Below the pieces are notes generated by a model that saw only the letters and a program-made list of their open reading frames with translations, did no database searches and had not been told where the DNA came from. A stretch of 64,000 bases of DNA from NCBI GenBank assembly GCA_963707585.1, contig CAVPQP010000010.1, positions 26,717-90,716 of the forward strand, given 5' to 3'. Within the stretch, counting starts at the first letter, position 1, and the number at the start of each line of letters is the position of its first letter. This document shows, piece by piece, positions 50,456 to 58,579 of the stretch. Made by a program: the position numbers and the translations under genes. Source of the DNA: an uncultured Actinomycetes bacterium. GTDB lineage: Bacteria > Actinomycetota > Thermoleophilia > Gaiellales > JAICJC01.

Positions 50456-50875
50456 GTGACGCGGTTCGTCGTTGACTGCGAGACGCTCCTGCGGATCGCT
50501 GCTGGGGAGATCGAGGTCGCGGCCGAGCACAGGCTTGTCGCACCGACGCTCGTCCGCTCGCAGGCGCTCGCGGCGATGTACCAGGCGGCCCGGCGGGGTG
50601 AGATCTCCGCCGCCGAAGGGCGCGAGCGCGTGAAGCGGATCAACTCGCTGAAGGTGCGCTTCCTCGGCGACAAGGTGCTGCAGGCGCAAGCGTGGAAGGT
50701 GGCGGATCAGCTCGGGTGGGAGACGACGTACGACGCCGAGTACGTGGCGCTGACGCAGCTGCAGGCGGACGCGTTCGTCACCTCCGACGAACGCCTTGCC
50801 CACGCGGTTTCAGGGCTCGTCGAGACGACGACGAGCGACTCGCTGAGCACGCCGGGCGCTGAAGCCGACGGCTAG
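50456..50875 (+). CDS. PIN-domain protein (VapC-like), no cognate antitoxin gene
   Basis: 139 aa from GTG 50456. Acidic PIN positions are plausible in FVVDCETLL, TYDAEYVALT and FVTSDERL. Only 13 nt separate it from the upstream aminopeptidase gene. Confidence 0.6.
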   Translation: MTRFVVDCETLLRIAAGEIEVAAEHRLVAPTLVRSQALAAMYQAARRGEISAAEGRERVKRINSLKVRFLGDKVLQAQAWKVADQLGWETTYDAEYVALTQLQADAFVTSDERLAHAVSGLVETTTSDSLSTPGAEADG

Positions 50876-51702
50876 GACGCCGCCGGCGCCCGCACCAGCC
50901 AGCCCATCGTCGCGACGTGGCGCATGAACGGCAGGTCGTGCACGCGCAGCACGGCCACGCCGAGGTAGGCCGCGACGGCGACCACGGCGGCGGTGCCCTC
51001 GAGCGCCGACTCCGGCAGGCCCAGCGGCTCCGCCGTGACCTCCTTGTGGGACGGCGCGAGCAGCAGCGGGTAGCCCAGCGCGGCCAGCCGCGGCAGCTCG
51101 CGCAGGGTCTGCAGGTCGGTCTGGGTGTCCTTGCCGAACCCGAGGCCGGGGTCGACCAGGATCGCGTCGGCGCCGACTCCCGCCGCGCGAGCCGCCGCGG
51201 CCCGCTCCTCCAGGAAGCGCGCGATGTCCTCGACGCGGGTCGCGTGGCGGCCCGTCTGCACCTGCTTCGGCGCGAGGCCGAGGTGGGTGACGACGAGCCC
51301 GGCCTGGTGGCGGGCGATCGTGGCCGCCATCGCGGGATCGGACAGGCCGGTGTGGTCGTTCACGAGGTCGGCCCCGGCCGCCAGCGCCGCGGCGGCGACA
51401 TCGGCACGGTAGGTGTCGATCGAGATCGGCAGATCGAGCGCCGCCCGCAGCTCCCGCACCACGGGCTCGACCCGGGCGATCTCCTCGTCCTCGGAGAGCA
51501 CGCGGCCGGGCTGTGCGGTCATGCCGCCGATGTCGATGATGCCCGCGCCCGCCGCCGCCAGCTCGAGGCCGCGGGCGATCGCACGGTCGGCGGTCGCCGT
51601 CATGCCCTTGTCGTAGAACGAGTCGGGCGTGACGTTCAGGATGCCCATCATGCACGGCGGGCCGTCGAGGGCGATGCTGCGGTGGGCGAAGCGAAGGGTC
51701 AA
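50872..51702 (-). CDS. folP: Dihydropteroate synthase
   Basis: 276 aa with TTG start. Motifs MGILNVTPDSFYDKG, DIGGMTAQPG and DPGLGFGK. Confidence 0.92.
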   Translation of the reverse strand: MTLRFAHRSIALDGPPCMMGILNVTPDSFYDKGMTATADRAIARGLELAAAGAGIIDIGGMTAQPGRVLSEDEEIARVEPVVRELRAALDLPISIDTYRADVAAAALAAGADLVNDHTGLSDPAMAATIARHQAGLVVTHLGLAPKQVQTGRHATRVEDIARFLEERAAAARAAGVGADAILVDPGLGFGKDTQTDLQTLRELPRLAALGYPLLLAPSHKEVTAEPLGLPESALEGTAAVVAVAAYLGVAVLRVHDLPFMRHVATMGWLVRAPAAS

Positions 51703-51878
51703 CTGCCGTCCGGGAAGCCGTCGCGGTGGAGCATGAGCGGGTGGTGGGGGAGCAGGCGCGCCGTCGCGGTCGCGTAGGGCCGGCGGCCGCCCCGCGCCTC
51801 GGCGGCCTTCTCGAACTCGATCGTGAAGGCGATCAGGACCTGCGAGAGCAGGGTCGGAAGGAGCACGTCCGGGGGCAT
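51699..51878 (-). CDS. Small ORF (59 aa) translationally coupled to folP, possibly a remnant
   Basis: ATG 51878. Its stop overlaps the folP TTG (TTGA). Sequence MPPDVLLPTLLSQVLIAFTIEFEK...LLPHHPLMLHRDGFPDGS. The rest of listed ORF 51699..52571 is Arg/Pro-rich antisense junk. Confidence 0.35.
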   Translation of the reverse strand: MPPDVLLPTLLSQVLIAFTIEFEKAAEARGGRRPYATATARLLPHHPLMLHRDGFPDGS

Positions 51879-51935
51879 TCCCGCCACCCTAACCGGCCCG
51901 CGGGCTGCGGGCTCGCAGCCCGCGGAACGACCTTC

Positions 51936-51981
51936 TTGACAACCGAACACCTGTTCGCTATTCTCACCGAACACATGTTCG
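51936..51981 (+). promoter_or_regulatory. Sigma-70-type promoter (TTGACA-N17-TATTCT) with two LexA/Cheo boxes (CGAAC-N4-GTTCG)
   Basis: The -35 TTGACA is at 51936-51941 and the -10 TATTCT at 51959-51964. Box 1, CGAACACCTGTTCG, is at 51944-51957, inside the spacer. Box 2, CGAACACATGTTCG, is at 51968-51981 and covers the ATG at 51975. Confidence 0.8.
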
Positions 51982-52241
51982 TCATCCTCGACATCCGCCG
52001 TCTGCTCTCGCTTCTGGCCGCCAGCGCCGTCGCGATCGCGCTGGTGATGAGCTACGCCACTCCGAGCAGCGGCGCCTCCCATCCGCACCGCCACGGCGTG
52101 CGCGCGGGGGAGACGCTGTGGTCGATCGCCGAGCACGCCTATCCGGGCTCCGACCCTCGCGATGCGGTCTACCGCATCGAGCAGGCGAACGACATCCACA
52201 CCTCCGTCATCTCCGTCGGCCAGGTGCTGGTGCTGCCGTGA
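51975..52241 (+). CDS. Small membrane-anchored LysM-domain protein
   Basis: 88 aa. TM helix LLSLLAASAVAIALVM. LysM motif VRAGETLWSIAEHAY...IEQANDIHTSVISVGQVLVLP. Confidence 0.8.
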   Translation: MFVILDIRRLLSLLAASAVAIALVMSYATPSSGASHPHRHGVRAGETLWSIAEHAYPGSDPRDAVYRIEQANDIHTSVISVGQVLVLP

Positions 52242-52501
52242 GCGCCGCCCGCCGCATCGCGCTCGCCCCGGCGCCGAGTGCGCCGGTCGTGTCGCTGGAC
52301 GAGTGGCGCGAGGCCCGCCGCCCGCCGGCCGAGGTGGAGGCTTCCGAGCCGGCGCCGCTGCGGCTCCTGCGACTTGTGGTCGACGGCGAGGCGCCGCCGC
52401 CGTTCTCGCTCGACACCTTCCTGCGCCGGGCGCGCGCGGTGATGGGCGAGACCCACGAGCAGCCGCGGATGCACTCGTATCGCGACGCCGAGCCGGCGTA
52501 G
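52238..52501 (+). CDS. Hypothetical protein (87 aa), coupled to the LysM gene
   Basis: GTG 52238 overlaps the LysM stop (GTGA). No recognisable motif. Coding status rests on the coupling and the ORF only. Confidence 0.4.
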   Translation: MSAARRIALAPAPSAPVVSLDEWREARRPPAEVEASEPAPLRLLRLVVDGEAPPPFSLDTFLRRARAVMGETHEQPRMHSYRDAEPA

Positions 52502-52503
52502 CC

Positions 52504-53085
52504 TCAGGCAGGCGCGGCGCCGGGCCATTCGAACAGCCGGGCGAAGATCTCGGCCTGCTCGACCGCATCATCCCGGGCGTTGTGCGTGTGGGGGCGCGAC
52601 GATTGCAACTCGGCAGGCAGATCGTCCCTGCCGGCCGACCCCAGCGGGACCCGTGCCTTCTGCTGGTACATCGTCTTCATGTCGAGCGCGCCGGAGAAGC
52701 CGAACGGCGATGCGCCGGCGAAGCGGACGAAGTACCAGTGCATGAACATCCAGTCGAACACGACGGGATAGCCGACGAGCACCGGGCGGGCGCCCTGGGC
52801 CTGATCGCCGACCCATTGCGCGGCATCGGCCATCGCCGTCTCCGGCTCGGCCCCGGCGGTCACCAGGCGGGCCCGGTCGAGGCCCGAGACCCGCACCGCG
52901 TCCGGGTTGAACTCGGCGCTGATTGGGCGCAGCTCGCGGTAGAAGGTGGCGGCGCCCGGATCGCAGGCGGCGAAGGCGCGCCCGTCGAAGCGGGCCGCGA
53001 CGGCCATGCCGAAGGACAGCATCGAGTACCGGCCGGGAATGGGCCCGTCGGACTCGATGTCGGCAGAGATGTAGACGTCGGACAT
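52504..53085 (-). CDS. DEDD-type 3-prime-5-prime exonuclease (DnaQ/RNase T-like)
   Basis: ATG 53085 (MSDVYISADIESDGPIPG = Exo I). VFDWMF (Exo II-like). HTHNARDDAVEQAE (Exo III, DEDDh type). Confidence 0.75.
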   Translation of the reverse strand: MSDVYISADIESDGPIPGRYSMLSFGMAVAARFDGRAFAACDPGAATFYRELRPISAEFNPDAVRVSGLDRARLVTAGAEPETAMADAAQWVGDQAQGARPVLVGYPVVFDWMFMHWYFVRFAGASPFGFSGALDMKTMYQQKARVPLGSAGRDDLPAELQSSRPHTHNARDDAVEQAEIFARLFEWPGAAPA

Positions 53086-53149
53086 CCGCTCGCTCCGTGA
53101 CCAACCTACCCGACCGACGCGGCCGCAGCCCGCTCCATACAATCTGGCG

Positions 53150-54139
53150 ATGGATCTGAGCGTGCTCTTCCTGGGGACGGCCGCCTCGGCCCCGACCTCA
53201 CGGCGGGGGCTTGCGGCCCATCTGATCCGGCGCGGCGGCGACCGCATCCTGATCGACTGCGGCGAGGGCACCCAGCGCCAGCTGCTGCGCTCGGGCGCCG
53301 GCCTCGTCGACGTCGACGAGATCCTGCTGACCCACTGCCACGCCGACCACTTCCTCGGTCTGCCCGGCCTGCTGAAGACCTACGGGCTGCGGGCCCGCGA
53401 GGCGCCGCTGCGCCTGTACGGCCCCGCCGGCCTGCGGGCGCTGATGGCCACGATGGACCCGGTGATCGGGCGGCTGCCCTACCGGCTCGAGCTGATCGAG
53501 CTGCGTCCGGGCGAGACCCTCGACCGCGACGGCTACCGCATCGCGGCGATCGCGACCGATCACGGCCCGCCAAGCCTCGGCTATGCGCTCGGCGAGGACG
53601 AGCGGCCCGGCCGCTTCGACCTGGCCGCAGCCCGCCGCCTGGGCGTCCCCGAAGGCCCCATGTTCGGGCAGCTGCAGCACGGCCGGGCCGTGACGCTCGA
53701 CTCTGGCGAGACCGTCACGCCGCAGGACGTCGTCGGCGCTGCGCGGCCGGGGCGCACCATCGTGTTCTCGGGCGACACCCGGCCGTGCCGGGCGCTGTTC
53801 GACGCCGCCGTCGGCGCCGACGTGCTGGTGCACGAGGCGACGTTCCTCGAGGAGGAGCGCGACCGCGCCGCCGAGACCGGGCACACGACGGCGCTGCAGG
53901 CCGCGCGGCTGGCCCGCGACGCCGGCGTGCGCCTGCTCGCCCTGACCCATCTGTCGACCCGCTACCTCGGTCGCGAGATCGCCGCCGAGGCCGTGGCGGA
54001 GTTCCCCGACACGGTCGTCCCGCGCGACTTCGACACGGTCGACCTGCCGCTGCCCGAGCGCGACCGCCCGCACCTGCTGCGCGGCGGCGAGCGCGTCTCG
54101 GCGGCCCCCGCGGCGCCGGCGTCGGCACCGGCCGGCTGA
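53150..54139 (+). CDS. rnz: Ribonuclease Z (metallo-beta-lactamase fold)
   Basis: 329 aa. Motifs ILIDCGEGTQRQ, LLTHCHADHFLGLPGLL and HEATF. Confidence 0.88.
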   Translation: MDLSVLFLGTAASAPTSRRGLAAHLIRRGGDRILIDCGEGTQRQLLRSGAGLVDVDEILLTHCHADHFLGLPGLLKTYGLRAREAPLRLYGPAGLRALMATMDPVIGRLPYRLELIELRPGETLDRDGYRIAAIATDHGPPSLGYALGEDERPGRFDLAAARRLGVPEGPMFGQLQHGRAVTLDSGETVTPQDVVGAARPGRTIVFSGDTRPCRALFDAAVGADVLVHEATFLEEERDRAAETGHTTALQAARLARDAGVRLLALTHLSTRYLGREIAAEAVAEFPDTVVPRDFDTVDLPLPERDRPHLLRGGERVSAAPAAPASAPAG

Positions 54140-54141
54140 CG

Positions 54142-54882
54142 TTGGACTTCGATCCGCTCGCGGCGAACTACGACCGCCTGCGCCCGGCGGGGGAGGCGTG
54201 GTCGGAGCTCGCGGAGCACACGCTCGCCGGCATGCGCGACTGCCGCCGGCTGCTCGACGTCGGCTGCGGCACCGGCCGCTTTGCGGTGCTCGCCCACCAG
54301 CGGCTCGGCGGCAGGGTCTGGGGCGTCGACCCGTCGGCCGAGATGCTGCGCCGTGCCCGCACTCGGCCCGATGCCCGCGGCATCGGCTGGAAGCAGGGCG
54401 CCGCCGAGCACCTGCCGTTCACGGACGCCTGGTTCGACGCGGCCCACATGCACCTCGTCGTCCACGCGCTCGCCGATCGGGCGGCGGCCCTCGCCGAGGT
54501 CGCCCGTGTGCTCGCTCCGGCCGGGCGGCTGGCGATCGCGACGTTCGCACACGAGCACTTCGACCGCTTCTTCCTGAATCCGTACTTCCCGTCGCTCGCT
54601 GACATCGACCGCGCTCGGTTCCCGGAGCCGGGCGCGCTTGCGGGCGAGATCGCGGCGGCCGGGTTCGGGGATGTCGGCGTCGAGCGGATCGGGCAGCCGA
54701 TCCAGGCCGATCCCGGCGATGTGCTCGAGCGCGTGCGCGGCCGCTACATCTCGACGCTGCACCTGCTGGACGAGGCCGAGTACGCCGCCGGCCTGGCCCG
54801 GCTCGAGCACGACGTGGCGGCGGGCCGCGACGCCTTCGCCTACTCGCTCGAGTGGGCCCTGGTCACCGCAACGCGCCTGTGA
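54142..54882 (+). CDS. Class I SAM-dependent methyltransferase
   Basis: Motif I LLDVGCGTGRF, VWGVDPSAEML and LAPAGRLAI. The start is uncertain (TTG 54142, CTG 54136, or a downstream ATG). Confidence 0.75.
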   Translation: MDFDPLAANYDRLRPAGEAWSELAEHTLAGMRDCRRLLDVGCGTGRFAVLAHQRLGGRVWGVDPSAEMLRRARTRPDARGIGWKQGAAEHLPFTDAWFDAAHMHLVVHALADRAAALAEVARVLAPAGRLAIATFAHEHFDRFFLNPYFPSLADIDRARFPEPGALAGEIAAAGFGDVGVERIGQPIQADPGDVLERVRGRYISTLHLLDEAEYAAGLARLEHDVAAGRDAFAYSLEWALVTATRL

Positions 54883-54918
54883 CCGGGGACTGTCCCCGGG
54901 GGCCGGGGACAGTCCCCG
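54883..54918. repeat. Two copies of GGGGACWGTCCCC (CCGGGGACTGTCCCCGG and CCGGGGACAGTCCCCG) at a convergent gene junction
   Basis: Located between the methyltransferase stop (54882) and the UDG-like stop (54928). Arms 54884-54897 and 54905-54918 are exact reverse complements, giving a 14-bp stem with a 7-nt loop. Confidence 0.85.
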
Positions 54919-54927
54919 CTGCTCGTC

Positions 54928-55605
54928 TCACCCACCGAGGATCGCCCCGATGCCCTCCGCGAACGCGGTGCCGCCCCCGTTGGCGGGGTGGCGCACGTAG
55001 GTGGCCCCCTCGCCGAGCACGGACTCGGCGATCCGGCCGACCGCCACGACCGTCCTGGGGCGGACGAGCGCGATCAGCCGCCGGGCGAAGTCGGCGCCGG
55101 CCGCGACCTCGGCGACCGCCGGGCGGCGATTGGACAGCGGCTCGCCCGGCCGGTGCGGGTGGGTGGGCACGGTGTTCCACAGGATCACGCGCCGCTCGGC
55201 GCCGAGCTCTCCGAGCACCCGGTGCACGATCGTCCCCGACGGCTCGCTCCAGCGACGGACGGTGCACGTCGGCCGGTACGGGTCGCCCCAGCGGGCGAGG
55301 TCGCGCTCCGACGTGAACGCGATTCCCGACCAGCGCATGCCCTGGTAGCCCGCCGCCTCGCCGAGGGCCACGATGTCGGCGCCGGCCCGCTCGCCGAGGT
55401 ACGCGCGCAGGTTGGCCACCCGGATCGCCGCCGCTCCGGGGACGTCCTCCGGCCCCGCATCGGCATACTGGTTGAAGGTGGCGCCGATGCGAGCGCGCAC
55501 CAGGTCGGCGAGGAGCTCCTCCACGGCCGCAAGCTTTCCACGCGGAGGGACCCTCCGTCCGCACCAACTGGTAACGTGCTCCTCGGCGCCGTGCTGCGGC
55601 GTCAT
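54928..55605 (-). CDS. Uracil-DNA glycosylase superfamily protein
   Basis: Motifs ALGEAAGYQGMRWSGIAFTSE (GE-x-xG motif A-like) and VRHPANGG (motif B-like). The start is either ATG 55605 or GTG 55524. Confidence 0.65.
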   Translation of the reverse strand: MTPQHGAEEHVTSWCGRRVPPRGKLAAVEELLADLVRARIGATFNQYADAGPEDVPGAAAIRVANLRAYLGERAGADIVALGEAAGYQGMRWSGIAFTSERDLARWGDPYRPTCTVRRWSEPSGTIVHRVLGELGAERRVILWNTVPTHPHRPGEPLSNRRPAVAEVAAGADFARRLIALVRPRTVVAVGRIAESVLGEGATYVRHPANGGGTAFAEGIGAILGG

Positions 55606-55625
55606 GGCCGAAGGCCACCTTTAAG

Positions 55626-55652
55626 TCCGCGCCCAGTGAGGCCGGGAAGGAG
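55626..55652 (+). promoter_or_regulatory. Putative PyrR-binding RNA loop overlapping the pyrR Shine-Dalgarno
   Basis: CCCAGUGAGGCCGGGAAGGAG at 55632-55652 resembles the conserved PyrR binding-loop core (UCCAGAGAGGCU..AAGG). A possible hairpin runs 55626-55646 with hexaloop CAGUGA. The SD GGAAGGAG lies at 55645-55652, 7 nt before ATG 55660. Confidence 0.55.
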
Positions 55653-55659
55653 AATGTGC

Positions 55660-56226
55660 ATGTCTGCCACCCAGGCCGAGCGCCTGCTGCTGAGCGAGGA
55701 TGACCTCCAGCGCACGCTTCGCCGCATCGCCCACGAGATCGTCGAGGCGCACCCGGACATCGCACAGCTCGCCCTGGTCGGGATCTACACGCGCGGCGTC
55801 ACCCTCGCCCAGCGGCTGCGAGCGCTGATCGAGCAGTTCGCGGGCGCCGCCCCGCCGACCGGCGCGCTCGACATCACCTTCTATCGGGACGACGTTGCCG
55901 TCCGCACAGGGGAGCAGCGCGCCCACCCCCAGCCGGTGGTCAAGGCCACCCGGCTCGACTTCCCGCTCGAAGGCAAGTCGGTCGTGGTGGTGGACGACGT
56001 CCTCTACACCGGGCGCACGATCAGGGCGGCCATCGAGGCGCTGTTCGACTACGGCCGGCCACAGCGCGTCCAGCTCGCCGTGCTGGTCGACCGCGGCCAC
56101 CGCGAGCTGCCGATCCGGCCCGACTACGTCGGCAAGAACCTGCCCACCGCCCGCGACGAGCGGGTCAACGTGGAGCTGATGGAGGTCGACGAACTCGACC
56201 GCGTCGTCCTCATCAACCCGAGATAG
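55660..56226 (+). CDS. pyrR: Bifunctional pyrimidine operon regulator/uracil phosphoribosyltransferase PyrR
   Basis: 188 aa. Motif LVGIYTRGV and PRPP motif VVVVDDVLYTGRTIRAA. ELPIRPDYVGKN. Confidence 0.92.
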   Translation: MSATQAERLLLSEDDLQRTLRRIAHEIVEAHPDIAQLALVGIYTRGVTLAQRLRALIEQFAGAAPPTGALDITFYRDDVAVRTGEQRAHPQPVVKATRLDFPLEGKSVVVVDDVLYTGRTIRAAIEALFDYGRPQRVQLAVLVDRGHRELPIRPDYVGKNLPTARDERVNVELMEVDELDRVVLINPR

Positions 56227-56233
56227 GAGCATC

Positions 56234-57238
56234 GTGGAGCTCTATCCCCCGCACACACCGCAGCCCCGCCGCCACCTGATCTCGGTCGCCGATCTCGATC
56301 GGGACGACGTCGAGCGCATCCTCGCCACGGCCGAGAGCTTCGAGTCGGTCGTGCACCGCGACCTGAAGAAGGTGCCGACCCTGCGCGGCCGCACCGTCAT
56401 GACCGTCTTCTTCGAGTCGTCGACCCGCACGAGCTCGTCGTTCGAGCTGGCCGCAAAGCGGCTCTCGGCCGACGTCGTCAGCCTGAAGGCGGCCGGGTCG
56501 AGCGTCGACAAGGGCGAGTCGCTGCGCGACACCGTGCAGACGCTCTCGGCGTACGACCCCGACGTGATCGTGATCCGGCACAGGGCGGTCGGCGCCGCGG
56601 CGCGGGTCACCCAGGCCACCGCCGCCCATGTGGTGAACGCCGGCGACGGCTGCCACCAGCACCCCACCCAGTGCCTGCTCGATCTGTACACGATGCGGGC
56701 GGCCCGCGGCCCCATCGACGCCCTGCACGTCGCGATCGTCGGCGACATCAGCCACTCGCGGGTTGCGCGCTCGAACATCCAGGGCCTGCTCCTGATGGGC
56801 GCGCGGGTGACGCTGGTCGGGCCGCCGACGCTGATCCCGCGCGACGCGACGAGCCTCGGCGTCGAGGTCAGCCACGACATCGCCAGCATCGCCGCTGCCG
56901 ACGTGGTGTACGTGCTGCGGATGCAGCGCGAGCGCATGGCCGACGGCGAGGCCTACGTCCCCTCGCTGCGCGAGTACTCCGCCCTCTGGGGCGTCACCAG
57001 CGCCCGCGTCCGCCCCGGCCAGCTCATCATGCACCCCGGGCCGATGAACCGCGGCGTCGAGATCGCGGGCGACGTCGCCGACGGCCCCAACTCGGGCGTC
57101 ATCGACCAGGTGCGCGCGGGCCTCGTGGTGCGGATGGCGGTTCTGTACGACCTGCTGGCCGGCCCGGGACCGGCGGACGCCCGCGCCGCCCTGCAGCCGC
57201 TTGCGGCCGGGATCGGCTCGGCGCAGGAGGTGGCGTGA
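56234..57238 (+). CDS. pyrB: Aspartate carbamoyltransferase catalytic subunit
   Basis: 334 aa with GTG start. Motifs STRTSSSFE, HPTQCLLD and HPGP. Confidence 0.92.
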   Translation: MELYPPHTPQPRRHLISVADLDRDDVERILATAESFESVVHRDLKKVPTLRGRTVMTVFFESSTRTSSSFELAAKRLSADVVSLKAAGSSVDKGESLRDTVQTLSAYDPDVIVIRHRAVGAAARVTQATAAHVVNAGDGCHQHPTQCLLDLYTMRAARGPIDALHVAIVGDISHSRVARSNIQGLLLMGARVTLVGPPTLIPRDATSLGVEVSHDIASIAAADVVYVLRMQRERMADGEAYVPSLREYSALWGVTSARVRPGQLIMHPGPMNRGVEIAGDVADGPNSGVIDQVRAGLVVRMAVLYDLLAGPGPADARAALQPLAAGIGSAQEVA

Positions 57239-58566
57239 TGACCGAGCGGCTGCACCTCGCGGACTCGGCTCCGGCGAGCGCCGTCATCGCCGGCGGCCGG
57301 CTGGTCGATCCCACGGCCGGGTTCCACGGCCAGGCGGTCGACATCCGCATCGAGGACGGGCGCATCGCCGAGATCGGCACCGACCTGAAGCACCTCGACG
57401 CCGAGACGATCGACGCCGCGGGCCTGACGATCACGCCCGGCCTGGTCGACCCGCACGTGCACCTGCGCACGCCGGGAGACGAGGACGAGGAGGACATCGC
57501 CTCGGGCACACGCGCGGCCGCCGCCGGCGGCTTCGTCGCCATCCTGGCGATGCCGAACACCTCGCCGGTCGTCGACTCCGCCGCAGTCCTCACGGGGCTG
57601 ATCGACCAGGCCCGCAGCGACGCCGTGATCGCCACCGGGTTCATGTGCGCGATCACGCGCGGCCAGCAGGGTCGCGGTCTCAGCGAGATGGGCGAGCTCG
57701 CCGCGGCCGGTGCCGCGGCCTTCTCGGACGACGGCCGCCCGGTGGCCGACGCCGGCATCCTGCGCCGTGCGCTGCAGTACTGCTCGGTCACGGGCCTCAA
57801 GCTGGCGCTGCACGAGGAGGACGCGTCGCTCTCGGCCGGCGGCCAGATGCACGAGGGCGCCGTCTCGGCCGAGCTCGGCCTGCACGGATGGCCGGCGGTG
57901 GCCGAGTCGACGATGATCGCCCGCGACCTCGGCCTCGCCCGGTACGAGGGCGCGCCGCTGCACATCTGCCATGTGTCGGTGGCCGACTCGGTGGCGGAGA
58001 TCCGGCGGGCGCGCGAGCTCGGTGCGCAGGTCACCGCCGAGGTCACGCCGCATCACCTGTGCCTGACCGACGAGGCTGTGCGCGACCTCGACCCGGCCGC
58101 GTCCAAGATGAACCCGCCGCTCGCGTCGGCCGCCGACCGGGCCGCCCTGATCGACGCGGTCGCCGACGGCACCCTCGATTGCATCGCCACCGATCACGCC
58201 CCCCATCGCGACCACGAGAAGGACGCCCCGTTCGAGGAGGCGCCGTTCGGGGTGATCGGCCTCGAGACGGCCTTCGCGGCGATCTACACCCACCTGGTCG
58301 AGCCCGGCCTGCTCCCGCTCCAGACGGTGATCGAGCGCATGTCGGCCGGTCCGGCGGCGGCCTTCGGGCTGCCCGCGCCGATGCTGGCCGTCGGCCGTCC
58401 CGCCGACCTCGCGATCTGGGATCTGGCGGCGACACGGCGGGTGGAGCCGCCCTACGCGTCGCGGTCGAGCAACTGCGCGTTCGCCGGCCAGACGCTGCGC
58501 GGTGTCTGCCGCCTGACGATCTGCCGCGGCCGCATCGCCCATCGCCTGATCGAGGCAGTGGCGTGA
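57238..58566 (+). CDS. pyrC: Dihydroorotase
   Basis: The ATG shares one base with the pyrB stop (TGATG). Motifs VDPHVHLRTPG and ATDHAPH. Confidence 0.9.
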   Translation: MTERLHLADSAPASAVIAGGRLVDPTAGFHGQAVDIRIEDGRIAEIGTDLKHLDAETIDAAGLTITPGLVDPHVHLRTPGDEDEEDIASGTRAAAAGGFVAILAMPNTSPVVDSAAVLTGLIDQARSDAVIATGFMCAITRGQQGRGLSEMGELAAAGAAAFSDDGRPVADAGILRRALQYCSVTGLKLALHEEDASLSAGGQMHEGAVSAELGLHGWPAVAESTMIARDLGLARYEGAPLHICHVSVADSVAEIRRARELGAQVTAEVTPHHLCLTDEAVRDLDPAASKMNPPLASAADRAALIDAVADGTLDCIATDHAPHRDHEKDAPFEEAPFGVIGLETAFAAIYTHLVEPGLLPLQTVIERMSAGPAAAFGLPAPMLAVGRPADLAIWDLAATRRVEPPYASRSSNCAFAGQTLRGVCRLTICRGRIAHRLIEAVA

Positions 58567-58579
58567 CCGGGAGGACGGG

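Noticed and set aside
51879-52571. N-terminal part of the 290-aa minus-strand ORF as a possible divergent lexA-like regulator.
   Set aside because: The translation is Arg/Pro/Ala-rich, with no HTH or S24 peptidase motifs. It lies antisense to the LysM operon. Only the last 59 codons, from ATG 51878, look protein-like.
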